NCBI GenBank assembly: GCA_031400935.1
Contig: JANNQV010000034.1
Coordinates: 1-63,955 of the forward strand
Length of the DNA: 63,955 nucleotides
Source of the DNA: Armatimonadota bacterium
GTDB lineage: Bacteria; Armatimonadota; Fimbriimonadia; Fimbriimonadales; Fimbriimonadaceae
Direction: 5' to 3'
The notes under the pieces are model-generated. The model saw only the letters and a program-made list of their open reading frames with translations. It ran no database searches and was not told where the DNA came from. The translations under genes and the position numbers were made by a program. This document shows, piece by piece, positions 19,170 through 28,527 of the stretch (positions within the stretch are counted from its first letter, which is position 1; each line of letters begins with the position of its first letter).

Positions 19170-19987
19170 GCTGCCTCCTGTCGGCCATTGAACTGGTTGA
19201 TGACCTCATGCATCAAAAAACCGTCAACCAATTTGAATTTCTTGGCCATGCCAATGAGAAGCGCATTGTCTGCAAGCTGGCTAATCAATCGAGGTGTACC
19301 ACCAGTTTCCCTATGTATCTCATAAACTGCATCTGGTGTGAAAATGCTTAGCTCTCCGGTGTATCCTGCAACCCGAAGACGGTGCAAAATCAGTTCTCCC
19401 GTTTCTTGAACATCCAACGGCATGAGCGTGTACCGAATCGCAAGGCGTTGCTCAAGCGCAGGCGCTTTCGCAATCTTTCCTCGAAGTTCGTTTTGCCCCA
19501 AAAGAACTAGCGTTATAAGAAACTGATCGTTCATTTGGCAGTTTAGAAGCAGCCTAAGCTCTTCCAATGTATTAGTTGAACGAACCAAATGCGCCTCGTC
19601 AATCATGAGAACGATTTGCTGACCACGTTCATAGTACGCGAGGAGTTCTTTGTGCAAATCTTGAATCAGTACTTGGCGATTCCGAGACGTTGCTTCTACT
19701 CCGAGTTGCGAGAGAATTTCCTGCAAAATCTGAATCGGAGTAAGGATCGGGTTTACGATCAAGACCACTTTGTGTCGGATCGGATCAAGTAAATCAAGTA
19801 ATTTACGACTGATTGTCGTCTTCCCAAGTCCGATGTCGCCGGAGAGCATTGCTGCGCCTTTTGTGCGCGAAATTGCATAGTGCAACATCATCAGCGCATC
19901 TTCGTGCCCACGGCTTAAGTAGAGAAAGCGAGGGTCTGGCGTTAAGCTAAACGGCGGTTCTTTAAGTCCCCAATACGATTCGTGCAT
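19166..19987 (-). CDS. ExeA/GspA/MshM-family AAA ATPase
   Basis: 'YWGLKEPPFSLTPDPRFLY', Walker A GDIGLGKT, Walker B 'MIDEAH', 'LEELRLL', 'GQNEL', 'GGTPRLI'. Confidence 0.9.
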   Translation of the reverse strand: MHESYWGLKEPPFSLTPDPRFLYLSRGHEDALMMLHYAISRTKGAAMLSGDIGLGKTTISRKLLDLLDPIRHKVVLIVNPILTPIQILQEILSQLGVEATSRNRQVLIQDLHKELLAYYERGQQIVLMIDEAHLVRSTNTLEELRLLLNCQMNDQFLITLVLLGQNELRGKIAKAPALEQRLAIRYTLMPLDVQETGELILHRLRVAGYTGELSIFTPDAVYEIHRETGGTPRLISQLADNALLIGMAKKFKLVDGFLMHEVINQFNGRQEAA

Positions 19988-20040
19988 AGTCGTCTCCGAG
20001 TTTGATCCCAGTATATTTTTCGGTGTCTACGTATAAAAAC

Positions 20041-20069
20041 TTCAGCACAACTTTCAAAGTTGTGCTGAA
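20041..20069. promoter_or_regulatory. Perfect 14-bp inverted repeat with 1-nt spacer upstream of the pilus operon (putative operator)
   Basis: TTCAGCACAACTTT-C-AAAGTTGTGCTGAA, 54 nt upstream of the ExeA-like start. Confidence 0.5.
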
Positions 20070-20380
20070 AAACTTAACAATTGGCTAGAGGGCTCAGCCA
20101 GAAGTGTGAAAAAGGTCAAATGGCAGGCTCCACTTGGTGCAAATGCGCCAAAGTTTTGACTTTTCGCCAAAGAGTTGAATCCTTTGTTTGGCAGAATTCG
20201 AGCCGGGCAAGCAAAAGGGTGCATAGGTTTTGGGCAGCCACCCGATTGGATTGCCTGCTAGCAAGCAGTGCAACCACAAATGAAACATTCCACAAACAAG
20301 CACGGTGTTACGAACAATTGGCCAAAATCCTAGTGAGGCTCGGGGCATATTGAACTCCAAACCCGCCATAATTGATTACC

Positions 20381-20917
20381 ATGAGCACCTTGCTCCTTGA
20401 TCCAGTAAACATGCGAAGGACGTTAGGCCGTATTGCTCATGAGATTCTAGAAGCCCATTCAGGAGCCGACGATCTCGTTGTCGTCGGAATTCTACGGCGA
20501 GGCTGGCCCGTCGCGAACCGCCTAGCGTTTGCAATGTCACAAATCGAGGGGCTACCCATTTCTGTCGGCAAGCTCAGTTCTGCCCGGCATCGGGACGATC
20601 GTCCAAAAACCGAGGTAGATGAAAGCGAGATTCCATTTGAAATCACCGGGAAAACAGTCATTCTTGTAGATGAGGTGATTTACACGGGTCGAACGATCCG
20701 AGCGGCGCTCGAAGAACTCTTCGACCATGGGCGCCCTAAGAGTGTCGAGCTCGCAGTTCTTATTGATCGGGGGCATCGTGAGCTTCCGATACAGCCTCAA
20801 TATGTGGGAAAGGTTGTTCAAACGGAACGGGGAGACCGGATTATTGTGAAGGTTGCAGAGCTGGATGGCGAAGATGGCGTTCTGCTTGAACATGAGAATG
20901 AAGGGGCTGCGGTCTAA
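20381..20917 (+). CDS. pyrR: Pyrimidine operon regulator/uracil phosphoribosyltransferase PyrR
   Basis: 'RIAHEILE', 'VDEVIYTGRTIRAAL', 'LIDRGHRELPI'. Confidence 0.95.
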   Translation: MSTLLLDPVNMRRTLGRIAHEILEAHSGADDLVVVGILRRGWPVANRLAFAMSQIEGLPISVGKLSSARHRDDRPKTEVDESEIPFEITGKTVILVDEVIYTGRTIRAALEELFDHGRPKSVELAVLIDRGHRELPIQPQYVGKVVQTERGDRIIVKVAELDGEDGVLLEHENEGAAV

Positions 20918-20918
20918 T

Positions 20919-21896
20919 ATGGCTCGAAACCTCTTGGCGATTCGCCACCTAGAAAAATCGCAGATGGTCGAGCTGATTGAGTTAGGTGCCGATATGAAAC
21001 GGCGAGTCCTAAATGGCAGTGAACTGCCGGATATGAGTCATTTTGTTTTAGGAATGCTTTTCTTCGAAAACAGCACTCGAACTCGAGTGAGTTTCGAGCA
21101 AGCTGCCCGATATTTGAAGATGCAAACGGCGATTTTTTCTACTTCTGCAAGTTCGATGAGCAAGGGAGAAACGCTAAAGGACACGATACTTACACTTCGT
21201 TACGAACGACTTGACGGGCTTGTGATGCGGCACCGTTTCTCAGGCTCGCTTCAGTTGGCTTCAAGATATTTTGGCGGCCCTGTAATCAACGCGGGAGATG
21301 GGCAGCATGAGCACCCAACTCAAGCCTTAGGCGATGCGCTGACAATTTTGGAGCGTAAAGGGACAATTGAAGGACTGAAAGTAGCAATTGTCGGTGATGT
21401 TTCCCACTCAAGGGTTGCACGCTCGAACGCGTGGCTGCTAAGTACTTTAGGGGCCGACGTCCGGTTCGTTGGTCCAAAGACACTTATGCCGAACCAGGCC
21501 GCACGGTTGCCGGGCAGAGTCTTTTATGACCTTGCTACTGGAATCGCGGACGCCGACGTTGTCATGTGTCTCCGGTTGCAAAAGGAGCGCATGGACAGCG
21601 GCCTCATTGCTTCTATAAGCGAATACGCGAAGATGTACCAGATCAATCGAAACTCGCTCATTTGGGCGTCTCCTGACGCTATGGTCATGCATCCAGGTCC
21701 AATAAACAGGGGCGTCGAGATTGATGATTCGGCTGCTGACGGAGAGCGATCCGCCATCAGTGCTCAAGTTGAAAATGGAGTGTTCGTCCGGATTGCGGCA
21801 CTCTACTGGACATTTCAAAAAGAATCCTCTCAGGCACAAAACGAGACCATGACAAAAGGCAAACACTCCAAAAAGTCAATGGAGGTTGCTCCTTGA
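20919..21896 (+). CDS. pyrB: Aspartate carbamoyltransferase catalytic subunit
   Basis: 'FFENSTRTRVSFE', 'NAGDGQHEHPTQAL', 'HSRVARS', 'RLQKER', 'HPGPINRGVEI'. Confidence 0.97.
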   Translation: MARNLLAIRHLEKSQMVELIELGADMKRRVLNGSELPDMSHFVLGMLFFENSTRTRVSFEQAARYLKMQTAIFSTSASSMSKGETLKDTILTLRYERLDGLVMRHRFSGSLQLASRYFGGPVINAGDGQHEHPTQALGDALTILERKGTIEGLKVAIVGDVSHSRVARSNAWLLSTLGADVRFVGPKTLMPNQAARLPGRVFYDLATGIADADVVMCLRLQKERMDSGLIASISEYAKMYQINRNSLIWASPDAMVMHPGPINRGVEIDDSAADGERSAISAQVENGVFVRIAALYWTFQKESSQAQNETMTKGKHSKKSMEVAP

Positions 21897-23215
21897 ACAT
21901 TCTCTTGAAAAATGGCCGAATTCTCGATCCTTCTCAGAATCTCGACTTTGTTGGATCAATTTTGATCGAAGATGACCAAATCGAAGCGTATGGCCCAGAC
22001 TTGCGCCAAGTTGATGCAGACGAAGTTTACGATTGCTCCGGTTTGTGGATTTGCCCTGGGCTTGTTGATCTTCATGTTCACCTGCGTGAACCTGGCCAAG
22101 GGCATAAGGAAACAATTGTTTCGGGAACACAGGCGGCTGCGGCTGGAGGGTTTACGAATATATGCTGTATGCCAAATACCGATCCGCCGCTCGACAATCC
22201 GGCACTCATAGATTTCATTTTGGATCGGGCAGCTTCTCCGGAGGCTGGTGGTGTATTCGTGGCTCCGGTGGGCGCTTTGACCAAAGGAATGAAGGGCGAG
22301 CAGCTAACAGATTTAGCGGCCATGAAACGAGCCGGCATTGTTGCCGCAAGCGATGAAGGATCGCCCATCCAGAGTTCCTTAGTCATGCAACGGGCAATGG
22401 AATACTGCGTTCAATTAGGCCTGCCGATCATGGCGCATTGCGAAGACACTGCTCTTACCGATGGTGGGGCAATGAACGATGGCGCGATAAGCGCGATGCT
22501 GGGTTTGCAAGGTATTCCACGAAGCGCCGAAGAGGTCGCCGTCATGCGAAACTGCCTGCTTTCGCTCAATACGGGTTGCCAAATTCATATCATGCGGATC
22601 AGCACATGGGGAGCGGTCGAAATGGTTCGAAAGATGAAGGACCTTGGCGGGAACATCACATGCGAAGTTGCGCCTCAGCATTTTGTGTTTACTGAAGATG
22701 CAGTTGGTGAATTTGATACGACTTTCAAAATGTCGCCTCCTCTTCGAACTCAGGTGGACGTTGACTTGGTCATGCAAGCACTAAGCGATGGCACAATTGA
22801 TTGCATTAGCAGCGATCATTCGCCACATGCGATGCACGAAGTCGAATCTCCTTTTGACGAGGCACCATTCGGAAACACTGGCTTAGAATCGGTCGTCGGC
22901 GTTACGTTAACGCATCTCATGCATACGGGTGTGCTTACTCCGTTGAACACGATCCGCATGCTAAGCACTGCACCGGCGCAGATTTTGCGAATTGATGCTG
23001 GAACATTGAAACCCGGCGAGACACCTGTTGCTCAGGTGACAGTGATTGACCCCGATTGTGCCTGGACTTATGATGTTAACCGTACATTCAGTCTCAGCAA
23101 AAATTCACCCTTTCATGGCATGAAGCTCAAAGGGAAGGTCATGCTCACTTTTTGCGGAAGCGAGATATACAGGGATGCACTGTTTCCAAATACGAGATAT
23201 GCGTCGGTCCTTTAG
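21893..23215 (+). CDS. pyrC: Dihydroorotase (class I, long form; possibly atypical)
   Basis: 'DLHVHLREPG', 'MPNT.P', 'HCED', 'KMSPPLR', 'SDHSPH', 'APFG'; one metal-ligand His appears to be replaced (HIMRIS). Confidence 0.9.
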   Translation: MNILLKNGRILDPSQNLDFVGSILIEDDQIEAYGPDLRQVDADEVYDCSGLWICPGLVDLHVHLREPGQGHKETIVSGTQAAAAGGFTNICCMPNTDPPLDNPALIDFILDRAASPEAGGVFVAPVGALTKGMKGEQLTDLAAMKRAGIVAASDEGSPIQSSLVMQRAMEYCVQLGLPIMAHCEDTALTDGGAMNDGAISAMLGLQGIPRSAEEVAVMRNCLLSLNTGCQIHIMRISTWGAVEMVRKMKDLGGNITCEVAPQHFVFTEDAVGEFDTTFKMSPPLRTQVDVDLVMQALSDGTIDCISSDHSPHAMHEVESPFDEAPFGNTGLESVVGVTLTHLMHTGVLTPLNTIRMLSTAPAQILRIDAGTLKPGETPVAQVTVIDPDCAWTYDVNRTFSLSKNSPFHGMKLKGKVMLTFCGSEIYRDALFPNTRYASVL

Positions 23216-23450
23216 GGGTATGTGGTATGGGGTTTAGGGTACGGGGTTTGGGCTCTGGCGAGTCAGGTACAGCGTAAATGAGAAATAAATTTATGAAGTT
23301 GGTTACAAATGTGTTTCGGGCCCTCGCCTTAAGCTCTAAGACCACAAACCTAAGACCATCACCCAATACTCAATACCCAATACCACATACCCAGTACCCT
23401 AAACCCCATACCACATACCATAAACCCCATACCCCATACCCCATACCCTA
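23215..23450. repeat. 7-periodic element: G-rich arm 23215-23256, long C-rich arm 23341-23450 (about 15 units)
   Basis: ggggtat gtggtat ggggttt agggtac ggggttt ... cccaata ctcaata cccaata ccacata cccagta ccctaaa ccccata ccacata ccataaa ccccata ccccata ccccata. Confidence 0.9.
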
Positions 23451-24201
23451 CATTTTATTGCTGATTCCCGTCTTGCTTGTCGCCTCCTGCAATTTCCAAC
23501 CACCACCCGATCCGAACGACCCTGCGGCAGGTTCGGTGATGCAAGCAGAGGTCATGCAAAGAAACCTCAGTTGGGCTTCAGAATCGCTAACCAATCGGGC
23601 TTTCAATCGCCAATTGACTCAGGAAGATGCAAGTGTAAAGCTTCAAAAATACGCCGAAGAACTTTCAAATTCGATACCAAAGGATGGAATCAATCCTTCC
23701 GACGCATGGCGATATGGCGAAGTGCTCCGAACCGCAAAACAATGGGATCGTGCAGAAGTAGTGTTCAAGTTAGCTTCCGATAATGCACGGCGAACGAAGG
23801 ATGAAGATCGGTTTGTAAACGACACACTTCACTATGCCGAAGCTTTGGCAGAAAATAAAAAAATTGCCGAAGCAATCAGCTCCGTGCGTTCGACTTTTTC
23901 GGTTACAGATGCAAGTAAAGCACCCATTTTGTTTGGCACTCTATACCAAGTAGTCCCTGCCGCCGAAAAGGTTGGCTTTAAGCTCGAATTGGCTAAACTG
24001 TTGGAAGATGCAATTGAGCAGCACCGAAAAGTGATTGTTGATGCCAATACGGATTCAGGAGCAGCATTCATCGCAACTCGGCAACACCATGTGATGAGGG
24101 CTTGGGAAAGCGTCATTTCGCTGTATCGCGCGGCAGGGCGCACTGACCTAGCGGATGAGGCTCGGAACAAGAGAGATAACTCGGGAATGATTGGGATATG
24201 A
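23278..24201 (+). CDS. Putative lipoprotein with TPR-like helices; start uncertain
   Basis: Lipobox-like 'ILLLIPVLLVASC' followed by an all-helical domain; the N-terminus reads through the heptamer array. Confidence 0.65.
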   Translation: MRNKFMKLVTNVFRALALSSKTTNLRPSPNTQYPIPHTQYPKPHTTYHKPHTPYPIPYILLLIPVLLVASCNFQPPPDPNDPAAGSVMQAEVMQRNLSWASESLTNRAFNRQLTQEDASVKLQKYAEELSNSIPKDGINPSDAWRYGEVLRTAKQWDRAEVVFKLASDNARRTKDEDRFVNDTLHYAEALAENKKIAEAISSVRSTFSVTDASKAPILFGTLYQVVPAAEKVGFKLELAKLLEDAIEQHRKVIVDANTDSGAAFIATRQHHVMRAWESVISLYRAAGRTDLADEARNKRDNSGMIGI

Positions 24202-24243
24202 AAAATGGCTTCTTAACGTCGCTAGGTATCCTCTAGTTCGCCC

Positions 24244-25020
24244 ATGTACCGTACGCTGTTTCAAATTGGCTCGTTCGAAGTGCCCAGCTTTGGCGTCATG
24301 GTGCTCGTTGGCTTTTTGGCGGGACTTTGGTTTGCCCGTCGTCGAGCTTCAACGTTTGGATACACACCTGACCAAGTTTCAGATGTGGCCTTTTGGGTTC
24401 TGTCAGCAGGAATTTTTGGTGCACGGCTTGCCTATATCCTGATCGAGCTTCCTTATTACTTAAAAAACCCAAACGAGATCATACAGCTTCAGTTTAAGGG
24501 CCTCACAAGTTTTGGCGGAGTGATTTTGGCTGCATTCGCAGTTTTATGGCAATCAAAGCGGTTAAAAACAAACGCACTCCAACTAATGGACTGCATCGCG
24601 CCGAGCTTTCTCATAGGGCATTTCTTCGGGCGAATCGGCTGCTTGCTAAATGGCTGTTGCTATGGCGGAAACTGCGATTTGCCTTGGGCGATTCATGTAA
24701 TTGAAAAGCCTGGACTCTTCCATCCCGCTCAAATTTACGATGGATTAATGAACCTAATTGGCCTTGCAATTTTTTTCATAGCATTCAATAAGAAGCAACT
24801 AGGCATCGGTCAAACAAGCGGATTTGCCTTTATCGTCTACGGATTGTCCAGATTCATTTACGAGTTTTGGAGGGCAGGGGAAACCTCGACAACTATTGGA
24901 AGCCTGCCAATAACCGAAGCGCATGTCATGGCACTTATCGTTGTTGCATTCGGTGCAGTGTTATGGTTTAAGGGCCAAAAAGCTAGCTCGATGAACCTAG
25001 AAGCTGAGGCCATACCATGA
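24244..25020 (+). CDS. lgt: Prolipoprotein diacylglyceryl transferase
   Basis: 'GARLAY', 'GL.SFGG', 'GRIGCLLNGCCYG', 'HPAQIYD', 'RFIYEFWR'. Confidence 0.95.
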   Translation: MYRTLFQIGSFEVPSFGVMVLVGFLAGLWFARRRASTFGYTPDQVSDVAFWVLSAGIFGARLAYILIELPYYLKNPNEIIQLQFKGLTSFGGVILAAFAVLWQSKRLKTNALQLMDCIAPSFLIGHFFGRIGCLLNGCCYGGNCDLPWAIHVIEKPGLFHPAQIYDGLMNLIGLAIFFIAFNKKQLGIGQTSGFAFIVYGLSRFIYEFWRAGETSTTIGSLPITEAHVMALIVVAFGAVLWFKGQKASSMNLEAEAIP

Positions 25021-25982
25021 CGTTTGCTACTCTCCTCGATGCGATGGCTGGAAAGAGGGCGCTTGTAATCGGCGATTTGATGCTGGATGAGTACATTTTT
25101 GGTTCTGCTACTCGAATTTCTCCCGAAGCTCCCGTCATGGTGATTCGACATTCTAGGTCTCATCAAGTTCCCGGAGGTGCGGCAAATGTTGCTCGAAACA
25201 TGCAAGCTTTAGGAGGCCAAGTTTCCCTTGTCGGGTTGATTGGCAATGATGATGCGGGGCGTTTTCTTTCGAACGAATTGGGCGAATCGGGTTCGGTTGG
25301 CGGCCTAGTGGTTGATGGCGAACGCATGACCACAAGAAAAACGAGGGTTGTCGCTGACCATTCCCATCAGGTTCTGCGAATTGACGCGGAGTCGGATGAG
25401 CCGATCTCAGAATCTGTCGAAAATCGCTTGATTGAAGCCACCCGAATGGCGGCCATTGAGGCCAATGTGATTGTTTTGAGCGATTATCGGAAAGGAACGT
25501 TGACGGCAAATGTCGTTGCAAACGCAATTTCCATCGGACAGGAATTGGGCATCCCGATTCTTGCAAACCCCAAACCGCAAACCCTCAATCGGTACCGCGG
25601 GGCGAGCCTCGTGAGCCTGAACCGAAGCGAGGCTAGTATTGCGATAGGGGAGGAACGCTCAATTTCAATTGATGCAGCCTATCAAGTGGCTTGTCAAATT
25701 AGGAATGAAGGTGATTTTGGTGCGGTTTTGGTAACCCTCGGCGAGGACGGAGCAGTAGTTTCTGCCCCGAATGAAATCCGAATCACTGCACCAAGAGTAG
25801 AAGTCGCCGATCCTGCTGGTGCGGGTGACACTGTCATCGCTGCGACTGCTCTTGGCGTTTCTGCCTTCGGCTTTGTTCCAGAAGTTTTTCAACTAGCCAT
25901 CGAACTTGCGGCAAGCGTCGTGCAGCATGTCGGGGTCGCAGTTCCGTCGGAAGGGGATTTGAGGCGGATTCGGGGGAAGTGA
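25017..25982 (+). CDS. D-glycero-beta-D-manno-heptose-7-phosphate kinase (HldE/RfaE domain I, PfkB family)
   Basis: 'GDLMLDEY..G...RISPEAPV', 'GGAANVA', 'LSDYRKG', 'D..GAGDTV'. Confidence 0.85.
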   Translation: MTFATLLDAMAGKRALVIGDLMLDEYIFGSATRISPEAPVMVIRHSRSHQVPGGAANVARNMQALGGQVSLVGLIGNDDAGRFLSNELGESGSVGGLVVDGERMTTRKTRVVADHSHQVLRIDAESDEPISESVENRLIEATRMAAIEANVIVLSDYRKGTLTANVVANAISIGQELGIPILANPKPQTLNRYRGASLVSLNRSEASIAIGEERSISIDAAYQVACQIRNEGDFGAVLVTLGEDGAVVSAPNEIRITAPRVEVADPAGAGDTVIAATALGVSAFGFVPEVFQLAIELAASVVQHVGVAVPSEGDLRRIRGK

Positions 25983-25984
25983 GG

Positions 25985-26083
25985 TGGAAGTTTTGGATTG
26001 TGGATTTTGGATTAGAGCGGAAGGCGGAGAACGGAATACGGTCAACTGACAACCAACAACCCTAAACCCCAAACCCCAAACCC
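25985..26083. repeat. Mosaic of four different heptamer families between convergent genes
   Basis: tttggat tgtggat tttggat | agcggaa ggcggag aacggaa tacgg | aactgac aaccaac aacc | ctaaacc ccaaacc ccaaacc. Confidence 0.85.
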
Positions 26084-27237
26084 TTTCCTTCCGGCATCCT
26101 CCTCGTCGCAATCAACGCCAAAACCGCCAGCCCCGTTCCCATGTAAAAGGGAAGCTGATAATTGCCCGTTTGTTGCCAAACAAATGCGCCGATGACAGGC
26201 AATGAAACCGCCGCGACATGGTTCATTGTTACTCCCATCGCAAGGCTTGGAGTGAGTTCGCCTGGACGCACTATCCGGTTCAAATACAGGTTGAATCCGA
26301 TAGAAAACGTGAATAAAACGTTGTCAATGATGTAGAGCGCAAAGAGCACAAATACGTTCTGGATGGTCGCGTATCCGAGAAACAAGACAATAATTGCAAT
26401 TGCATAAATGGTAAGCGGTTTTTTTTCGCCAACCCGATCAATAAATGCCCCCATGCGCGGAGCTGCAACCGCACTCAATATCGAGTTTGCAAATCGGAGC
26501 AGCAAAATGGTTTCGACCGGCACATCGTAGACCATTACGAGTGTAAAGAGCGCAAATATGCCAAAAATCTGACGACGGCAGCCTTCCAAAAATTGCAAGA
26601 CATAATACAGTCCATATTCGCGGCGAAATATGAGCGGTTGCCTTTCGCCACCAGAAGCGTGATGGCTCAGCCTAAGTAGCAATACACCGCCAACCATAAT
26701 GGCGACGCCCGCAACCCAAAAATACGTGTGGTAGTCGAGTTTCAGAGTTCTAGAAGCCAGCCAAGAAAGCCCTAAAGCGACAATGGTCGCGATGGCTCCG
26801 ACCGACCTCATCCTTCCAAAATGGTGCCCTTCGTTCATTCCCTTGGCTAGGTGTAAAGTGATTGCAGGCGAAACAGACGACCATAGGTGAAAGCCGATAG
26901 ACCAAAAAGTGGTGACCACCACAATTGGCCAAAATTTGCTTTGGGTCGCAGTAAGTGCGATACCGAGACCGCAAATGCCAAGTCCGATTCCAGCGACGCG
27001 GGTTTCTGGAAGAAGAACCAAGATTCCCGCCATGAGTGCGGCGATGAGCCCAGGAGTTTCGCGTATCCCTTCCAAAATTCCCAATTGCATTGGGGTGGTG
27101 CCTAGCGAATCTTTGAGGAACGGTACGAAAACGCCGTCGTACATTGCGAATCCGAAGAAGAATAGAAAGTTGACTGCCGCAAATAAAACCCAGTCGCGAC
27201 GAAGCAGTTTGGCTGATTCTTCGCTGAGGATTGGCAT
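26062..27237 (-). CDS. MFS transporter
   Basis: About 12 hydrophobic segments, 'G..IDRVG.K' loop; the last codons (GLGFGV*) come from the heptamer tract. Confidence 0.85.
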   Translation of the reverse strand: MPILSEESAKLLRRDWVLFAAVNFLFFFGFAMYDGVFVPFLKDSLGTTPMQLGILEGIRETPGLIAALMAGILVLLPETRVAGIGLGICGLGIALTATQSKFWPIVVVTTFWSIGFHLWSSVSPAITLHLAKGMNEGHHFGRMRSVGAIATIVALGLSWLASRTLKLDYHTYFWVAGVAIMVGGVLLLRLSHHASGGERQPLIFRREYGLYYVLQFLEGCRRQIFGIFALFTLVMVYDVPVETILLLRFANSILSAVAAPRMGAFIDRVGEKKPLTIYAIAIIVLFLGYATIQNVFVLFALYIIDNVLFTFSIGFNLYLNRIVRPGELTPSLAMGVTMNHVAAVSLPVIGAFVWQQTGNYQLPFYMGTGLAVLALIATRRMPEGKGLGFGV

Positions 27238-27345
27238 TCAAAGAGTTTAGCTGGTTAATTGATTGGCATTGCTTTTGATGAGTTGGCCCAAATAGGCCAT
27301 CTATTCGGGCCATATTATGAACCGAATACGTGTCATAATCGGTCC

Positions 27346-28461
27346 ATGACCGCGAAATACATCCATCAGCTTCCAGATTGGCCGGAATTTCGATTTGATG
27401 CTGCAGCGTTGCTACAACCTTTGACAATTGCTGCAAACAGCCAAGGACTGCTGATCGGCCGACTAGAAGGACTCGGTTTCGGTGAGCTTCAAGATGCCAA
27501 GCTTGAGGCAATCTCTGCCGAAGTGATCCAGTCCGGCGCGATTGAAGGCGAACGTTTGGACAACGACCTTGTCAGGTCGTCCATCGCTCGGCGATTAGGC
27601 ATTGACACAGCAGGCGTACCAAGCGGCGACCACCACGTGGAGGGAGTGGTTGAGATGGCAATTGACGCCGCGGACCACGCCGAACAAGTGCTAGATTCCG
27701 AAAGACTTTTCCGCTGGCAAGCAGGAATGTTCCCAAATGGAATTGGGCCGCATGGCCGAATCCGAACTGGTGACTGGCGCGACGATGCAAAAGGACCTAT
27801 GGTGGTAGCTTCTGGACCTGTTGGGCATGAGCGGATTCACTATGAAGCTCCGTTTGCTGAAAAACTTGAGAACGAAATGAAGTTGTTCCTAACATGGTTT
27901 GAAGCAGACCAGGGCCTCAACGGAATTCTCAAGGCCGGACTTGCACATTTGTGGTTTGTAACCATACATCCTTTCGATGACGGAAACGGCCGAATTGGCC
28001 GAGCAATCCTCGATATGGCGTTGGCAAGGTCCGACAAGCGCACTTGGCGATGCTACAGCGTCTCAGCCCAAATCGAACGCGAGAGAAAGAACTACTACGA
28101 TTCGCTCGAACGAGCGCAAAAGGGATCATTAGATGCTACGGAGTGGCTGTTCTGGTACACGGGCTGCCTGACTCGTGCGCTAAACCATGCCTCCGAAACA
28201 GTTTCCGGGGCCATTCATCGCACGAAATTCTGGTCAGTTCATGCTGAAACGAACCTCAATGAACGGCAACGCGTGGCAATAAAGCGAATGTTAATGGGAT
28301 GGGAGGGAAAAATGACTCGGAAAAAGTGGATGAAGATGTTCGAAATTGCGGAGAGCAGCGCAAAGCGTGACTTGTCAGAACTGGTGGAATACGGCATATT
28401 TCGAGTTAGCGAAGCTGGCGGTCGAAGCACGTCGTACGAACTACTTCAAACTTCCTACTAG
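27346..28461 (+). CDS. Fic family protein (DUF4172-Fic-HTH)
   Basis: 'YIHQLPDWPEF' N-terminus, canonical HPFDDGNGRIGR, C-terminal HTH 'AKRDLSELV...GGRSTSY'. Confidence 0.92.
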   Translation: MTAKYIHQLPDWPEFRFDAAALLQPLTIAANSQGLLIGRLEGLGFGELQDAKLEAISAEVIQSGAIEGERLDNDLVRSSIARRLGIDTAGVPSGDHHVEGVVEMAIDAADHAEQVLDSERLFRWQAGMFPNGIGPHGRIRTGDWRDDAKGPMVVASGPVGHERIHYEAPFAEKLENEMKLFLTWFEADQGLNGILKAGLAHLWFVTIHPFDDGNGRIGRAILDMALARSDKRTWRCYSVSAQIERERKNYYDSLERAQKGSLDATEWLFWYTGCLTRALNHASETVSGAIHRTKFWSVHAETNLNERQRVAIKRMLMGWEGKMTRKKWMKMFEIAESSAKRDLSELVEYGIFRVSEAGGRSTSYELLQTSY

Positions 28462-28527
28462 GAATCCATACAAACCTGATTTCGTAGCAGTACCCAGCTA
28501 CAGCTCACCATTCCCAGCAATACCCAT

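Noticed and set aside
20325..20350. Possible PyrR-binding loop (tcctagtgaggct) upstream of pyrR
   Set aside because: Only a partial match to the AGUCC..GAGGCU consensus, and no terminator/antiterminator seen before the start; unsupported without a covariance search.
27346..28461. Fic toxin-antitoxin or defence island
   Set aside because: Solitary common DUF4172-Fic gene, with no antitoxin or other defence genes adjacent.
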